Of a stretch of DNA of 64,000 nucleotides, positions 26,243 through 40,809 are shown in pieces. Under the pieces are notes generated by a model. It had not been told where the DNA came from and ran no database searches. It saw only the letters and a list, made by a program, of their open reading frames with translations. This DNA is from the human T2T-CHM13v2.0 reference genome, Homo sapiens. Position 1 is the first letter of the stretch; the number at the start of each line of letters is the position of its first letter. The DNA lies in NCBI RefSeq assembly GCF_009914755.1, contig NC_060925.1; one strand, given 5' to 3'. The position numbers were made by a program, and so were the translations under genes.

Positions 26243-28396
26243 TGCAGGTTATAAATGTGTGTATATTTAGAGATTATAAGGCTCTCTGAGCCATCTTCTG
26301 ATTTTTCATTGCTCTATAATTCTTTTTACTGAAAATACTATGTTATGAATGGTATTAAATTTTAGTCTCTGGAACATCCAAAACCAAGCAAAGGGATGTG
26401 ACTATTTTGAATGAATCAGAATGTCAACTTGTATGTACACTATATCTACACTTACTCATTATTTAAAAAGAATAATGAAAAATCTAGATCAATTCTTCAA
26501 TTTGATTGAACTGTTCAGCCTTTTCAAGATTTCTTTATTTACAAATGATTACATTTAAATGAATGTACATTCTTCTCACTGACTTTGGTGATTTTGAAAC
26601 CTAGAATGATGTGTTTCTATCTGTAATATCTTTCCATTTGAAAAAAATCTCAAAACACAGATTAAAACCACAATAGGCTGTAGTATTTTTTATTTTGGGA
26701 GCCAGAGTATGATTTGGGGGAAGAATATGTATCAGCCCTATTGCAGTATAACTTTAAGCTCCTTTTCTCTTTAGTCCACTTTTGATTGTAATTTTTATGG
26801 TATAGGATTTTGAATCTTCTATTTTAGGCTTGTCAGTCTTGGAGTTCTTATCTTCCATTATCCCTAAATATTGATAAACTCCCAGGCACCAAAGAAAACA
26901 TTTGCTTAATTGTCTGAAAAGAAACAAGAGAAAAACACTGGTATTTTTATGTCTGTATTCAATATGGTATAAAATATAAAAACTATATTTTAACTTAGTG
27001 AAATATTTTACTATTTCTCTACTTCAGACAAAATGTTGCATCCAAGGTACATCAAGTGACCATTTGCCTTGAACCTTGATTTCACTTTGTTTTTTTTTTT
27101 TCCTTAAAGGCAACTAGGAAGCTTTACTTTCCTAAAGTGTTTTTGCCATTGGAATTTTTGCTGATCACAGTCTTATGTCATTTTTTTCTCTGTTTTTATT
27201 CCCAGCAATTTTCTCCTAGGTTAACATATTTTTGGTGAACGTTTAGGCCTTTCATAGGTATTAAGCTGACATTATCTAGCTTCTTAATGAAATTTAACAC
27301 TGTCACAAAAATGAGAAGTTATTATTTTTTAAGTGATCACATAGTTCATACCACTAGTAACTAGAAAAGATATTTATTCACATGATATTTACAAGGCTCT
27401 TCAGAAGGGAACAGTCAGCATTTTAAATTACTAGATTTTAGCATACTTAACAAGGTTTGAACAGATTCTACCCCTATTTTCCTCCCTTTTTAGCGTCTTC
27501 TTTCCTTAAAGATAAAAGAAAACTCAAATTTGTTTACATTAGGCTTTCTTAGCATATAAATATATTTCCAAAATAAATTACATGTTGTGTAAACTTTCTC
27601 CATGATGAAATAGTCAAGGACCAGAATCTGTAATATTTTTATGTAAGATTACTTGTCAAGACTACTACAAGTCAGTATGAACTACCTTCCCATAAAGATT
27701 TTTGGTATTTGTACTTATTTATGAACTTTACTTGAGACAGAATATGGTTAAAATTAGGAACATCTACTTTGAATGAGGTTTATTTTTCTATTTTGAATTT
27801 GCCTTATGTATATTCAAAGGCTTATGGAAATACTGTAAAGGAACATTAGGAAAAGGACAAATAGGCTATAACCATCTATCTTAAAATCAGACCCTTAGTA
27901 TAAGCACCTCTTTTTCTTTTCCTCTTTGACAATTTAGTCTCTTATTTAGGTCCATGTAATTAATTTCATTCCATTATTTTTTAGCTGTTTATTCTAAAAA
28001 ACAAAAATTTTCAGCCACTCCCATTTATTCTCCCATGACATGGTCCTATATAGCAGTACTTAACACAGTGCCTTGCACATAGTAGGCATTCAGTAAATAC
28101 TTACATGCATGAATGAATAATGTATTTTCAGTGTAACAAATTTATTATAAAAGTGTAGTTCGACTCTTCTTGGTCTTGGAGTTTGAGAGTACAGAATTAC
28201 AGGGAATGAAGAGAGGTATAAGTAGATATTTTAATGGAAATGAAGTATAAATTAATAACTTGACTTACCCCTCCATAAGTTACTGCTAACTGGAGATACC
28301 CTTGTATGCCCAACCTGTAAAGGAAAAAGTTCTATTTCTATATTTATAGGACATTCTTCTCAGTCAAGGAACAGTAAGAAATATGTAGGTTTCAAT

Positions 28397-28569
28397 CAGT
28401 TGCTCTCAACCCTGACTGCATTTTAGAATCATTTGGAGAGTTTTTAAAAATATCCATGCCTGAATCTTGATTCCCATTTTCATGTAATTTGAGACAAGAC
28501 CTGGTCATCAGTATTTTTTTTAAAGTTCTCCAGGTAATTTGAATGTGCAGGAAGGATTCAGAATCACTG
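28397..28569. mobile_element. MER5-family hAT MITE in the 3' UTR
   Basis: Inverted termini CAGTTGCTCTCAA...AGAATCACTG; internal quasi-palindrome. Confidence 0.75.
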
Positions 28570-30027
28570 GTTTAATTTGTTATTGAAAACAGTACCAGTA
28601 TTAAATGTGTTTCCTCTTCCTTCTTTTCTGTATGTATGTGTGGTTTTTGATTTTTTGTTGTTGTTGTTGTTTTGTGGCCACCCTTTGCACTAGACCATCC
28701 CTTTTATTGGTGGTATTGGCCTATATTCCCATTGACAAATGCAATTTTTAATTATTTATTTAATATAGGAGTATTTTACTGTTTAATATTTAAACAATGT
28801 TTAATGTATTTCATTATTAACTAGTATTATAGTTTGTTTTTTTCCCATGTCTCCATAACTTTTACTAACATTTGTTTTTAGCAGCACAACAGTAATCCAT
28901 ATAAAAACAACTAATTCATAATGAGGAAAATCTCATAATTTTTAAGGCAGAAAGAAGTATTAATTTTTGATCTGCCATGTAGAATGAGACAAATACAGTT
29001 TGCTTATGAAAGGAAAGTGGCATACTTTTAAATTGGTCTACACAGAAAAGTAAAAGTAAACTATTCATTTAAATAAGATTCATTATCTAATAAATATTGA
29101 GGGAATATTTTTCCTAAATAAAAATTTTTCTGACTGCTAACAAAAATTAAAGTGATTACATTGTTCTTTTTTGGAGGGGTGGGGAGGAATATTTGTTGAA
29201 CTAAAGTATATAAAATTTTTTGAGACTAGCAGTATATTTTATAATATTACAAATACAACAATTATTTATAAAAGCTAGTCAAATTAATGGCTTAGAAAGT
29301 AGCTGTAAACTTTGTGTTTTGAAATTGCTTGTTTAAATGCAAAATTATGAGTAAGATAAGTCTTTTTAAATTTTTTATTTTTAATTTTTTTGGAAGTTTA
29401 TTAAAGCCCTTCATATACACATACTTTTTAAAAAAAGATTCTTAATAAAGAAATTATTGGTTTGTCTGGTTAAAGTCCATATAGAATGCTGAGAAATAAT
29501 TTATAAAATAAGAACTATAGAAATTTGTTCTCAGCTGAAAAGTTGGCAGCTGCTCTGTTTCTTTAAAAAAGTACAACATGAAAATTTAATTACATTAGCC
29601 TTAATATTACTTGACTGAATTTCTACTATTTATTCACTTGTGTTTGAGATTCACCCAGCTATTCTAATGATAGAAATAAAAAGTGGAGAAATGACTAAAG
29701 TTGACTTAAGTTAAGAATTGGAGTGGGAATTTTGAAATGCCATGTCCTATATATTCTGGCATATTTGTTGGCACATTTGCAAGTATGTTGATCCCAGCAT
29801 TGTTTATATCTGTTGGAATAATAACTAAGGAAAAATTGAAAATGTATAATAGATGTATAAAGATTTATATTTAGTTAGTATATAATAGATAATACTTGCA
29901 GGTTTTTTATGTGTTTTGGGTTTCTGTGTATTATTTTAGGTAATCTTTATAAGGGCATCTTGGAAGTTATAAATATGTGCCATTTACTGAAAAGTGGGAA
30001 GCATTTTTATATGAGTAAAGCTAATGA

Positions 30028-30033
30028 AATAAA
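30028..30033 (+). terminator. Candidate distal polyadenylation signal
   Basis: AATAAA with CA ~22 nt downstream and G/T-rich sequence after it. Confidence 0.55.
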
Positions 30034-30287
30034 ACTAGTTTTATTGCCAAAATTCAAAAAGTGGGGTTCATGCTATGTCGAATTTAAGCAAATGATCTGT
30101 CTGAGGATTTTGTTTGCCATTGAATTCCATTTCTGTCCACTTTAAATTTACTAAAAGCTATTTAACCTGAGTTTGATTATAATGCTTCATAAGTAATGCA
30201 GTTCATGTACATAGAGTAAGTGCTGTAAGTGATTTTTTAACCACCAGTTGGTGCTGTTTCTCAAAGTGGTTCTTAATTAGAGTTTAA

Positions 30288-30723
<436 letters not shown>

Positions 30724-32249
30724 TAGGTTCAATTGTAAATAAAACATGTTGCCCTATTTTGTTTTAAGAGCACTAGGGACATTTCCATTCTCCCTTTGTC
30801 CTCAATCCCCCAAAAACATTCATACGAAGAAGTTAGAAGCTGTATTGTGGGCTGGAATGCTATCTTTACATGAAAAGATTATTGGGATTTGTCAGGCATA
30901 GTATTTCTCTGAGGAATAAATGAAATATAAATTTCACTTTGGAAACTAATGAGTTAAAACCATTTACAGTTTCTGTTAACGAGTTAAATAATGTATAGAA
31001 TCATAGTTCGTAATGGTAGCAAGTTCATGCTCTGCTGAACTTACTGTTTGATTATGGTCAAATTTTCTATGTTATTATTATAGTAGAATTAAGAGTGTGT
31101 CCTGGTAAATTACATTACCTTCACAGTTTGAGCATTCTGATTTTAACATTTTGTAGTTTCAAAACAAACTGTACTCATATAATCAGAGCATTAACAGCAG
31201 CATCATGTCAGTGGTACCAATAATTGTGAATCTTCTGCAACAAAATTTCTTTAATGATGAGTTTAATGGGCTATATTCAAACCTAATTTTTATTCAATTC
31301 ATAAGTGCCCACTAAATATGTATTTTATTTCTGCTGTTCTGTTCCTTTGATTATCTGCTTTTCAGTGAGCATCTGCATAGCTAAAATAGATATAGCATGT
31401 GTTGTAAATGCTGTTGAATTTTTTTAAGGCTCAAAGGTGCTAGTATATAAATAACAGCACATTGCCAAATAAGCATTTTTTCTTTCATTTTCTGAAGTAC
31501 TTTCATATTTACTCATGTAATTATCAGCATTTATGGTGAGTTGGAATAATTTTTCCTCTTTATTTTCTTAAATGACCCTAGAAAACAATGTAAAGTAGCT
31601 CTGAAGAAGGCTTTGTTGTTGAATCTGTCTCATAATTACTTGTGGATCCTTTGACACAGAATTATTTATAGTTTATAATTCACCCTCATCTAGAGAATGA
31701 TGATTTCTATTACATAAGTAATGTAAATAGAGCTGAGACCATAGTGAAGCAGAAGACATTTGGGAGATACTTTTGATTACATTTGGATATTTTATTGGAC
31801 TATGATTATTTTGCCAACAAAGTACAAGTCAAAACATTGGGTTATACAACATATTCACTTTAATAAAATATAGTAATGGATACTCACAGAAGAACTGCCT
31901 TCATGGAGTTCACAATGTTAATACTCTAAGTGTAATGGCCATCTATTTCTCTCTTTTTAATAATACAAACATTTTTCTTTAAAATGGAATAGTTTGAAAG
32001 TGTTTATCGAGTCAGTGTAAATGGGGGGAGATCAAGTGAACTTCCTTGTGGCTCATTCAGTTGTTTTAGCACAATTAAGCATCACTAATGTTTTTAAAGG
32101 GCTTGACTATATCACAATTTTAAAATATTTATATTTTTAGATAATATATTTTTATTCCATAATGCACTACTGAGGACAAAAAGGAAGTGTAAGGGTCACT
32201 GATGATGAAATAAATTTGAGATGCATTAAAGTAGTTTAAGGCTAAAGCA

Positions 32250-32870
32250 GTTTGATGTAGGAATTTGAGGAGAAGACGACTTCAGCTTAATGGGAAAATA
32301 CTAATTTGGACAGCGTTATATGCTTCTGGGGTTGTCATGAATTTAAGAAAAGCTAGGCAAACCTAGTGTGATTTTTCTCCAGTGACATTTAGTTGCTTGA
32401 TTTCAGGTATAGAGAATTGCAGTTAGATTTTTAAGCTATTTTGATGGCAGTAGAAGCAGGCCAGGGAGTTGGAGATATTTTCAAGGTAATAATTGTAGTA
32501 CTGAAACATGGAATCTAAGCTGTTCAAGGAATACATGATAGAGGGAAGGTGGTGAATGGTGAGAAAGTGGTGCTGTCCTGTGAACTGATAACAACAATGA
32601 AGTGAGCCTGAAAGATAGGGGGAGGTGGTCAGAGGATGGGATGTGTGAAGTCAAGACTTCAGAGGTGATCTGATATTGATGAGAAAAAGTCAAGACCTTG
32701 GAAGTAACTGAGATAGAGAGGGTGAGGTATTCATTAAAATGAGGAGTCAAGGATCTATGGGGCTGCAATTACTCGTGTAAGTGTTGAAATGAGAATGACA
32801 AGCATAGGAGTGAGAAGAAAGATGGCAACAAGGAGAAGGTAACCGGTGACTGGTTGGCATTAGCTTTACA
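32250..32870 (-). mobile_element. L2 ORF-region remnant
   Basis: Purine-rich decayed sequence; ORF 32481-32768 has an endonuclease-like SDHLPLSF motif. Confidence 0.5.
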
Positions 32871-35056
32871 GGATCCATGCTTTAAAAACTTTGATTAGAT
32901 ATTTAAAGATGAATATTTAAAGATGAAAATATATTTAAAGATGAATTAATAAAATGTTAAAGGTATAGATCATTTCAGTGCCTTTCTCCAACATCCAAAT
33001 TGTTAAAGAATTACATACTTGTCCCATTAGCCCAGATGATGAAGACTTTTACTAAGACACTATTGACAGCCTTCCCACCCTCTGAGTCTTGTTTTCTAAG
33101 TTTGCTCTCATGTGAGGCTAGTTCTTGTATTCTTTGCTACTTTTGTCGCTTAATGATACTGAAAGTGGTTAAAACCTTTGTTGGAAAATCTGAGCTATGC
33201 CCTCTAAGGTTTCATTAAGTGCTGGGGTCACTTGCCCCAGTTGGGGGGTCACTTCCCCCAGTTGTATGTGCAATTCATTACTAAGAGAGAATATCCTGAG
33301 CAGTTCCCAATGGTGGGTGGCTGGCTAAAAGGAATCCCTGGAGATTTTAGTGTGGTAGGAAAGCATTTTCATTCTTGAGGATTTTTCTTTGACTTTTCTA
33401 TGGGCTGGCTGATTTCCTCAGTTTGCTTTGTTCTGGGTTTTAGGGGAGAATTCTTGGGAGGTTGTGAATTTTCTTTGCCTACAGTGAGATGGTTAGATGC
33501 TATTCTGAACTTTATCTAGATCTTACCCAAATCCATTTCCATGTTAGCAAGCATGAAGTTGTTTACCTTTTCTTTTTTGGCGATTGATGTTGAGTTTTTC
33601 GTTCTCACTCACTCCCTTGCCAGTTCCTTAGATGTTATGATCCAGCTATGATCCAGCTTTACACTTTCTTCACCCAGAAGTGACCTCACCTTTTCATGAC
33701 AGAGGAAACAGAAGCCATGGACTTCTTAATGCTATATGTCACAAACCTGTATGCATGTAAGAATCTTTTATTTCCTCGTATTCCAGTGTTTTAAACATCC
33801 TGTCACCCATCAGGGACTTGTCCTTCATATGTATTTCTCCTACACCTTTCCTACTCTGTCATGCATTTTGCACTATTACTGTATCTCTTTCTTGTATTTT
33901 CATCTTGTCACCCTGTATTTATTTATTTTCCACCCACTTTTAAACTTAGTTACATCTTTCATGGTAAACAGGTTCTAGGGAGATGGTTTGATTATGTATC
34001 TTAAATTCCCTCCCCTCAATCTCTGTTTCCATCTGCCAACTACCCTGTCTTGAATAGAGCAGCTGCTGTGAGCCTGGAGCCTTTGGGCAAATAAGAGTGT
34101 ATACAGTCCCTTGATTTTACCAGAAGATGGGAAAGAGAGCTTGCTTTGATTTTCTTCCTGTAATCCAGATGAAGGTTTAGAGACGGGCAGCTGTGAAGCC
34201 TTCAGCAAAGGTCTGAACGGAAAGAACCTTGCTTTCAAAGATACATGGATTTAGAGGAAAAGCGGTGCAGTTCATATGTATGGTACTAGGAAGACTAGCT
34301 TCAGAGTACCTGTTTGGTTGCTGCATGGTGGGCACAATTCCACATCTCCCTGTGAGGCTGGGGGAGGGGAAGTAAATAGCAAAAAAACAAAAAAGACATT
34401 GGAAGAGATTTTCCTCCTGTCATCTGTGATGAGGAGTGGCAACTTGCTGGTTAGTAGATAATCAGCCTACAGAAGAGAGCTGCCTTCTATTGCTCACAAG
34501 TTTGTTTCCGCTCAAGAGTATCCCACAATTTGATTTATGCTAAATGGGGAGTGAGTGGACAAAGAAGAATATCTAAGGAAACCTAAAGAAAAATAGCATC
34601 TAGAGAGAACAGGAACACAGAAGAAATGGATGGTGAAAAAGAATTGCTGGTGGAGATGAATGACAACTTTAATTTTGAAAAAGCACCTGAGAAAATTCAG
34701 TCAGTATAAAATAAACTTTCTAGCAATTAAACTACATTAAAATGTGGTAGAAAAAGAGAGGCATGGCCACTATTGGGGACTAAATAGTGGCCTTGGATAT
34801 CATGTAGAAGTAGTTATCTTTGGAAAAGTAAAAATCCAAAGACACGGAGATTTCAAAAATCAAAACACCTAGAAGACGAGTCTAAGATATTTAATGTGAG
34901 TAAGTGAAGAACCACAAGGAGAAAAAGGGAAACGATACAGGAGGGCACAATTACTAAATACTATAGGAAACTTTAGTTCGAAAGGGCTCTCACTCTAATA
35001 GGTTCCAAGCAACATGGGTGGGGTTGGAGTGTGGGGACACACCTAGGCAGATAAAT

Positions 35057-35990
35057 TTCATTCAAATATTTATTGTTACTTCCTGCAGTGACAAGTACTG
35101 TTTTAGTTGCTGGGAATACAGGGTGAACAAAGCAATGTTAGTTCCTTTATTGGGTGGAAGGAAGTAAATGAATAAATATGTCTCAGGTGGTAATAAGTAA
35201 TACAAAAAAAAAATAAAGCATAGTAGAGTGACTAGGCTATGTTGGGATAAGGTAGTGGCAGGATTTACTATTTTATATGGATGGTCAGAGACATCTCAGA
35301 TAAGATATTTGATCAGCAATTTGAAGTGAGGTATCTAGTGTGGTAAATATGTGGTGGTGGGGGGAGAGCAAGGGCAGGGGGAGCAGCATTCCAGATAGGG
35401 AACAGGAGGTTTAAGGCAGGCAGGAACATACCTGCCATTTAAAGGACCATTAAGGAATCCACTTGGCTAGTGTGGAGGGAGCAAGAAGAGTGAGCAATGA
35501 GGGCAGAGGCAGTAGTGAACAAGATTACGGAGCTTTGTAGATGAATGGAAGCCTTTTTGGCTTTAATTTGCTGATACATATGGGAAGCCATTTGAGGAGC
35601 TGTAAGCAGAGGAGTGATACGTGATTTAAGAGTAATTGACTCAACCTTGTTGTTGGTAGCAAAGGCAGAAGCTAGGACACCAGATCATTGGATATTGCAA
35701 CAATATAGACAAGAAATGACACAGGCTTGGACCCGTGTGGTATCAGTGGAGTAAAACAAATGGTGAGATTCTGTAAATATTTTGAAAGTAGATGGATAGG
35801 ATTACAATGTGTGAGATACAAATCAAAAACACTTCTTTTTTTTTTTTTTCCCCTCAGTAACAGGATGGAGTTTCTGTTTATACTGTGATGGGGAGGATTG
35901 TGTAAGGATCAGATTTTGCAGTGGTAGCAGCTGGAGGAATCAATTTAGTTTCGGAATGTTGAGTTTGAGATGCTATTAAACATGGAGGAG
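35057..35990 (-). mobile_element. L2a 3' portion
   Basis: TTCATTCAAATATTTATTG start; GCATTCCAGATAGGGAACAG and GGGAAGCCATT motifs. Confidence 0.75.
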
Positions 35991-37958
35991 ATATTCAAAT
36001 TCTTGAATTTCAGGGTAAAAAGAGGAATTTACAAAGGAAAAAGAAAATGACATCTCTAGACTTTAGAATGCAACCAAGAATCCCTTTTTCAGGTAAGATC
36101 ATTCATCTTGAGGATATGTAATGATCCAAATGATATATCTGTATGTGTATAACTTCACATAAGGAAAATAACTTAAAAACTTTAAACAGACAGCAAATTA
36201 TAACAAAGGCCTGTATTCTCTGATAGAGTGACTGGGTATTTATAACATAAGTGTTAAGTAATCTTCAAGCAGAAAAGATAATACATGGAAAAATCTCACA
36301 CTAGTAACTATCAGTACTAAAGTAAGCTATCTTAGCAAAACTTAGAAGTGACAGCTGAGCCAGAGGAGTAGAGTGAGTGAAAGCATTCTAAATTTCACAA
36401 CCCTAGTGACAACAAATGTTTGCCTTCATGGAAGAACAACATTTGTTCTTGCAACTAATCAGAACTTACATATTTTTAACAAGTAGCTTTCTAAAAGCCA
36501 CTAAAGCCCTTTGGAATATTTTTTAAAACAACTTCTTTTGAGGTTATGGAGATTTTTAAATAGGTCAGGAAATTATTTCTAAGTTGTTATATTGTGAAGA
36601 TAAAAAAGTTTTGGTAGGTAATATGTTTGCAGCCACAAAAGCACAAAATACAATGTTTTTAATATTCAAGATGTTTCAAAATGTTCTTTATGTGGCACAA
36701 ACTTTTTTCTAAAAGTATTCACAGACTTCTGGTCATCTGATTTTATAATTTTTGTCCTTGTAATTTGGCAAAGAGCTAATACAGGTTTAGGGGAAGGGTT
36801 AACTCTGCCATTTCCTTGTTCCCATATGCTTGCATTATTACTGTTATCTTTTAATCTATTGATTTTTTTTTTCCTAGAAATCTTTTTGTGCCACTTTCCA
36901 TTTTGTGTGGCATCTGTAAACTGTTATCTGTCATGGTATGCTGGATGCGAGGGGATAAGGCTTCACTGTCAGGTCTTATTCTCCCCTCACCTTATATACA
37001 GATCAGATGAAGCCATCTGTACCCATATATTAACTATTAATAAAGTTGAATTTAAATACAAATATGTATTTTAACATCTTCTTCTAGCATCCCACTGAAT
37101 TATCTTGCATGTTCCCTGAGGTGTGTGTGCCTTACTTTGGAGACCTATAGTACTAAGTAAAAATCTTTTTATACAGTATTTGTCTTGTGTGGGTCATGAG
37201 CATTAGCATCCAATGGTAGGTGTGTGATTAAAATGCAGATTCCTTGGCCCCGTCCCAAATTTACTAAATAGGCCTTTGTGGGTTATAGCCTTGGGATCTA
37301 CAAATTTAACAAGATTGAGAAAACCTAAGGCCTAATTATCTTTCAGCCTCATCTAATCCTTCCCTCCCAAAGACGTGAGCGCCACATACATTCTTTTGCA
37401 GCCTCTCAACACACCATTCCTTTTCGCATCTCCATACCTCTGTAAATGTTTCTTTCCCTGCCTGGAATGTGTTCTTACCCTTCAAGAGTCAGCTCAAATT
37501 CACATCTGTGAAATCTACCTTAGTTTGTACATATCAAATAACAGATGTGTGTTTTTGTGATTCTTCACATTATGAACAGCATAAGGTATTTGCCATTGTT
37601 AGTATTATCCCATATGAGAAAAAAAAATAGACCAGAATTAATGCTCTTAAAGCTAATTGAGCAAAGATGTGTTTACATCAATGTTATCCATGTTCTCATT
37701 GATTTATGAAAATCAGATATTTATTTTCCACACATATACTACAAAATCTTGAAATCTACTTGTATGGGGATGATCACAGATTGTATCTGAAGAAATGAAC
37801 ACACACACAAATATATATGGAAGACTAAGTAGTCATAGCAATATCTAGTAAGGAGTAATTAAAAATTCACTTTTTCCCTCTTCCATACTTTTATAACATC
37901 AGCACACCATTAAATTATAGTAATCACCGCACTGTAATTCATCTTCAAAATAGTGGGG

Positions 37959-38685
37959 TGTACCAGTTATCAATTTGTTATCTGTGAGCTCTAAGGTACA
38001 CCTTGCTTTGCAGTGTTGAAACTCGATGCTTGTACAGGTTTCTCCTTTGTGAGCAGGTTCAGTGTTAGGCTTTTTCATTGGAGGGACACAGTAAGGCAAT
38101 AGCAAGGGGAATAGGCTTCTCTTTCTGGTTCTGGTGTGCTGTTATTTGATTGGCTGCCAGCAGATTGGCCTGCAGAAGGTCAGTCTCACCTCAACAACCT
38201 TCGTAAGGGTGGCCCACACCTTCCTTTCAAGTTTCTCTGCTGCCTGGTAAAATGTCCCTACAGAACACCTTTGGCCTACCCAGAACCTCCAGTGATTCTT
38301 CTACCGGGTGAGGTGCTCTGATTCGATCAGCTCTGGCCTTTCCCCTTGGTAAATTTCTTCCATCTACAGCCCAAGTTCCTGTGGCAACTATGCCCTCTCC
38401 AAAGAGTTCTGAGTCTCAGCCCTGGAATAGTGCTGGGGAGTGACTCATGAGTTCTTAGTATTCTTTCTCCCTTTGTTATTTCCGTACCCGTTAGAATCTT
38501 CTTTATAACTTTTAGTAAACCATCTTTTATTAACAATTTTCTATATTTAATTTTCTCTATTCAAATTACTAGTTTGTGCAGAATCTAGATTTTATAGAAA
38601 AAAACAAACAAATGCCTAGTGATTTGTTTCTATCTCCCTCCTGTGTGGTTTCTATCTCCCTCCTGATTGGATCCTGACTGATACG
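37959..38685 (+). mobile_element. ERVL solo LTR (LTR41-like)
   Basis: TGTACCAGTTATCAATTT start and CCTGACTGATAC end; G-rich TSD-like flanks. Confidence 0.6.
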
Positions 38686-40449
38686 TTGGGGTATGCTGCT
38701 CATGAGAGATTTCTTTCAGAGTGGTGAATAAACTATGTCCTAGAAGGCATATTGTATCAGGAAGGGTCACGTGTTAGAGCTGTGGTTTACATTAATATAT
38801 ACAGTGTTAGGAGGAGCATAAAGAGGAAAACACCATTGTGGCAAAGTAATCCTGTGGAAACCAGAGAGAGAGAGATTTGATAAAGTCTTGGTGACTGACC
38901 TGAGTACGAAACCAGTGGTGGTGGTAGTGGGAATCTTTAGATTAATGAATATTGATTTATTCATAAGCTACAAAATTCAAAGGGCACCCAGTTTCTCTTT
39001 CTAGAGGTAATTACTATGTTCAGATTCCTGGGACCTTTCCAGGTATCTGATGTATAAATACCTCTCTCTCTTTCCCTCTCTTTCTAACACAGATATTAGT
39101 ATTCCTCTGTGTCTTACTTTATCCCCTTAATAGTATATCTTGGAAATCATTGTTTTCTTTAAAAAAATGTTTTAATTGAGGTAAGCATTCATTATACAGT
39201 AAATGTCTTGTTCCTTTTAACTGGCTGCATACCCTGTCAACCTATGGCTGTGCCAACACTGGAGAGAGTCTGGGTTGAGTATAGTCTTTTTGCCATTATA
39301 AACAGGGTTGCAGTGAACATTCATGTGTATACTTCTTTGTACCTATGTATGAGTGTATCCTGGATAAATTCCTAAAAGTGACGCCACTGGATTGGAGGTC
39401 ATTTTTTTTTAAACTTTTTATTTTGAAATAATTATAGATTCATAAGAAGTTGCAAAAACAGGACAGAGAGGCCCCAGTTGCCCTTCACCTAGTTTCTCCC
39501 AATGATAGCATCTTACATAACATGATACAGCATGGTATATCATATCAAAACCAGCACATTGGTACAATCTACAAACCTTATTCAGATTTCACCAGTTTTA
39601 CATGCCCTTGTGTGCATGTGTGTCTGTGTCTTTGTGGTTTTATGTGCTTTTATCAGGAGTAGATTTGTATAACCTCAAACAAGATGCAGAACTGTTCTGT
39701 CAGCACAAAGATCCCTTGTGCTACCTCATAGTCACACCAAACCTCCTCTCCTCCTTTTGTCATCACGGCATTCCTAACTGTTGACAAGCAGCTAATCTGT
39801 TCTCCATCTCTGTAACTTTGTTATTTTGAGAATATAATTGAAATCGTATAGCATGTAACCATTGAGATGGGTTTTTTCACTCACCGTAATTCCCTTGAAG
39901 ATCATCCAAGTTGTTGCATGTGTCAATGGTTGTTCCTTTTTATTTCTGAGTAATGTTCCATGATATGAATGTACCACAGTTTGTTTAACCATTCACCCAC
40001 TGAAGGACGTTTGGATTGTTTCTAAGTTTTGACTGTGGCAAGTAAAGATGCTATGAACATTCATGTACACATGAATTTGTAGGCATATGTTTTTATTTTG
40101 CTGGGAGAAAAGCCCAAGAATGCAGTTGCTGGGTTGTATGGTATTGTATGATTGTTTTTCTTTTAAGAAACTGCCAAATTATTTTCCAGAATGACTGTAC
40201 CACTGTACATTCTTATTAGCTATGTATGAGAGATGTAGTTTCTCCAAATCCTCACCAGCATTTAATATTGTCAGGATTAAAAAAATGTTTTTTACTTGTT
40301 CTAATGGGTGTTTAGTGATTTAGCATCATGGTCTTAATTCGTCTCTAACAGCTAAAGATGTTGAGCATATATTCAGGTATTAATTTGCTATCTATAACAT
40401 ATATCCTCTTTGGTGAAATGTCTGTTCATGTTTTTTGCCCACTGTAATG

Positions 40450-40761
<312 letters not shown>

Positions 40762-40809
40762 TGATTTTTTTTTTTTTTTTACTATTGACTTTTGAGAGTT
40801 ATTTATATA

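Larger units (their letters stand above)
25958..30058 (+). other. CDC73: CDC73 3' UTR (~4.1 kb; distal end approximate)
   Basis: Repeat-poor AU-rich sequence after the stop codon; end inferred from AATAAA at 30028 and the recalled long UTR. Confidence 0.65.

Noticed and set aside
32899-32944. Three copies of ATATTTAAAGATGA (similar short duplication at 6401-6440)
   Set aside because: Ordinary slippage duplications in AT-rich DNA; no spacers and not CRISPR-like.
34000-36400. Possible ancient L1/HAL1 ORF1-like remnant flanking the L2
   Set aside because: Too degenerate to support by eye.
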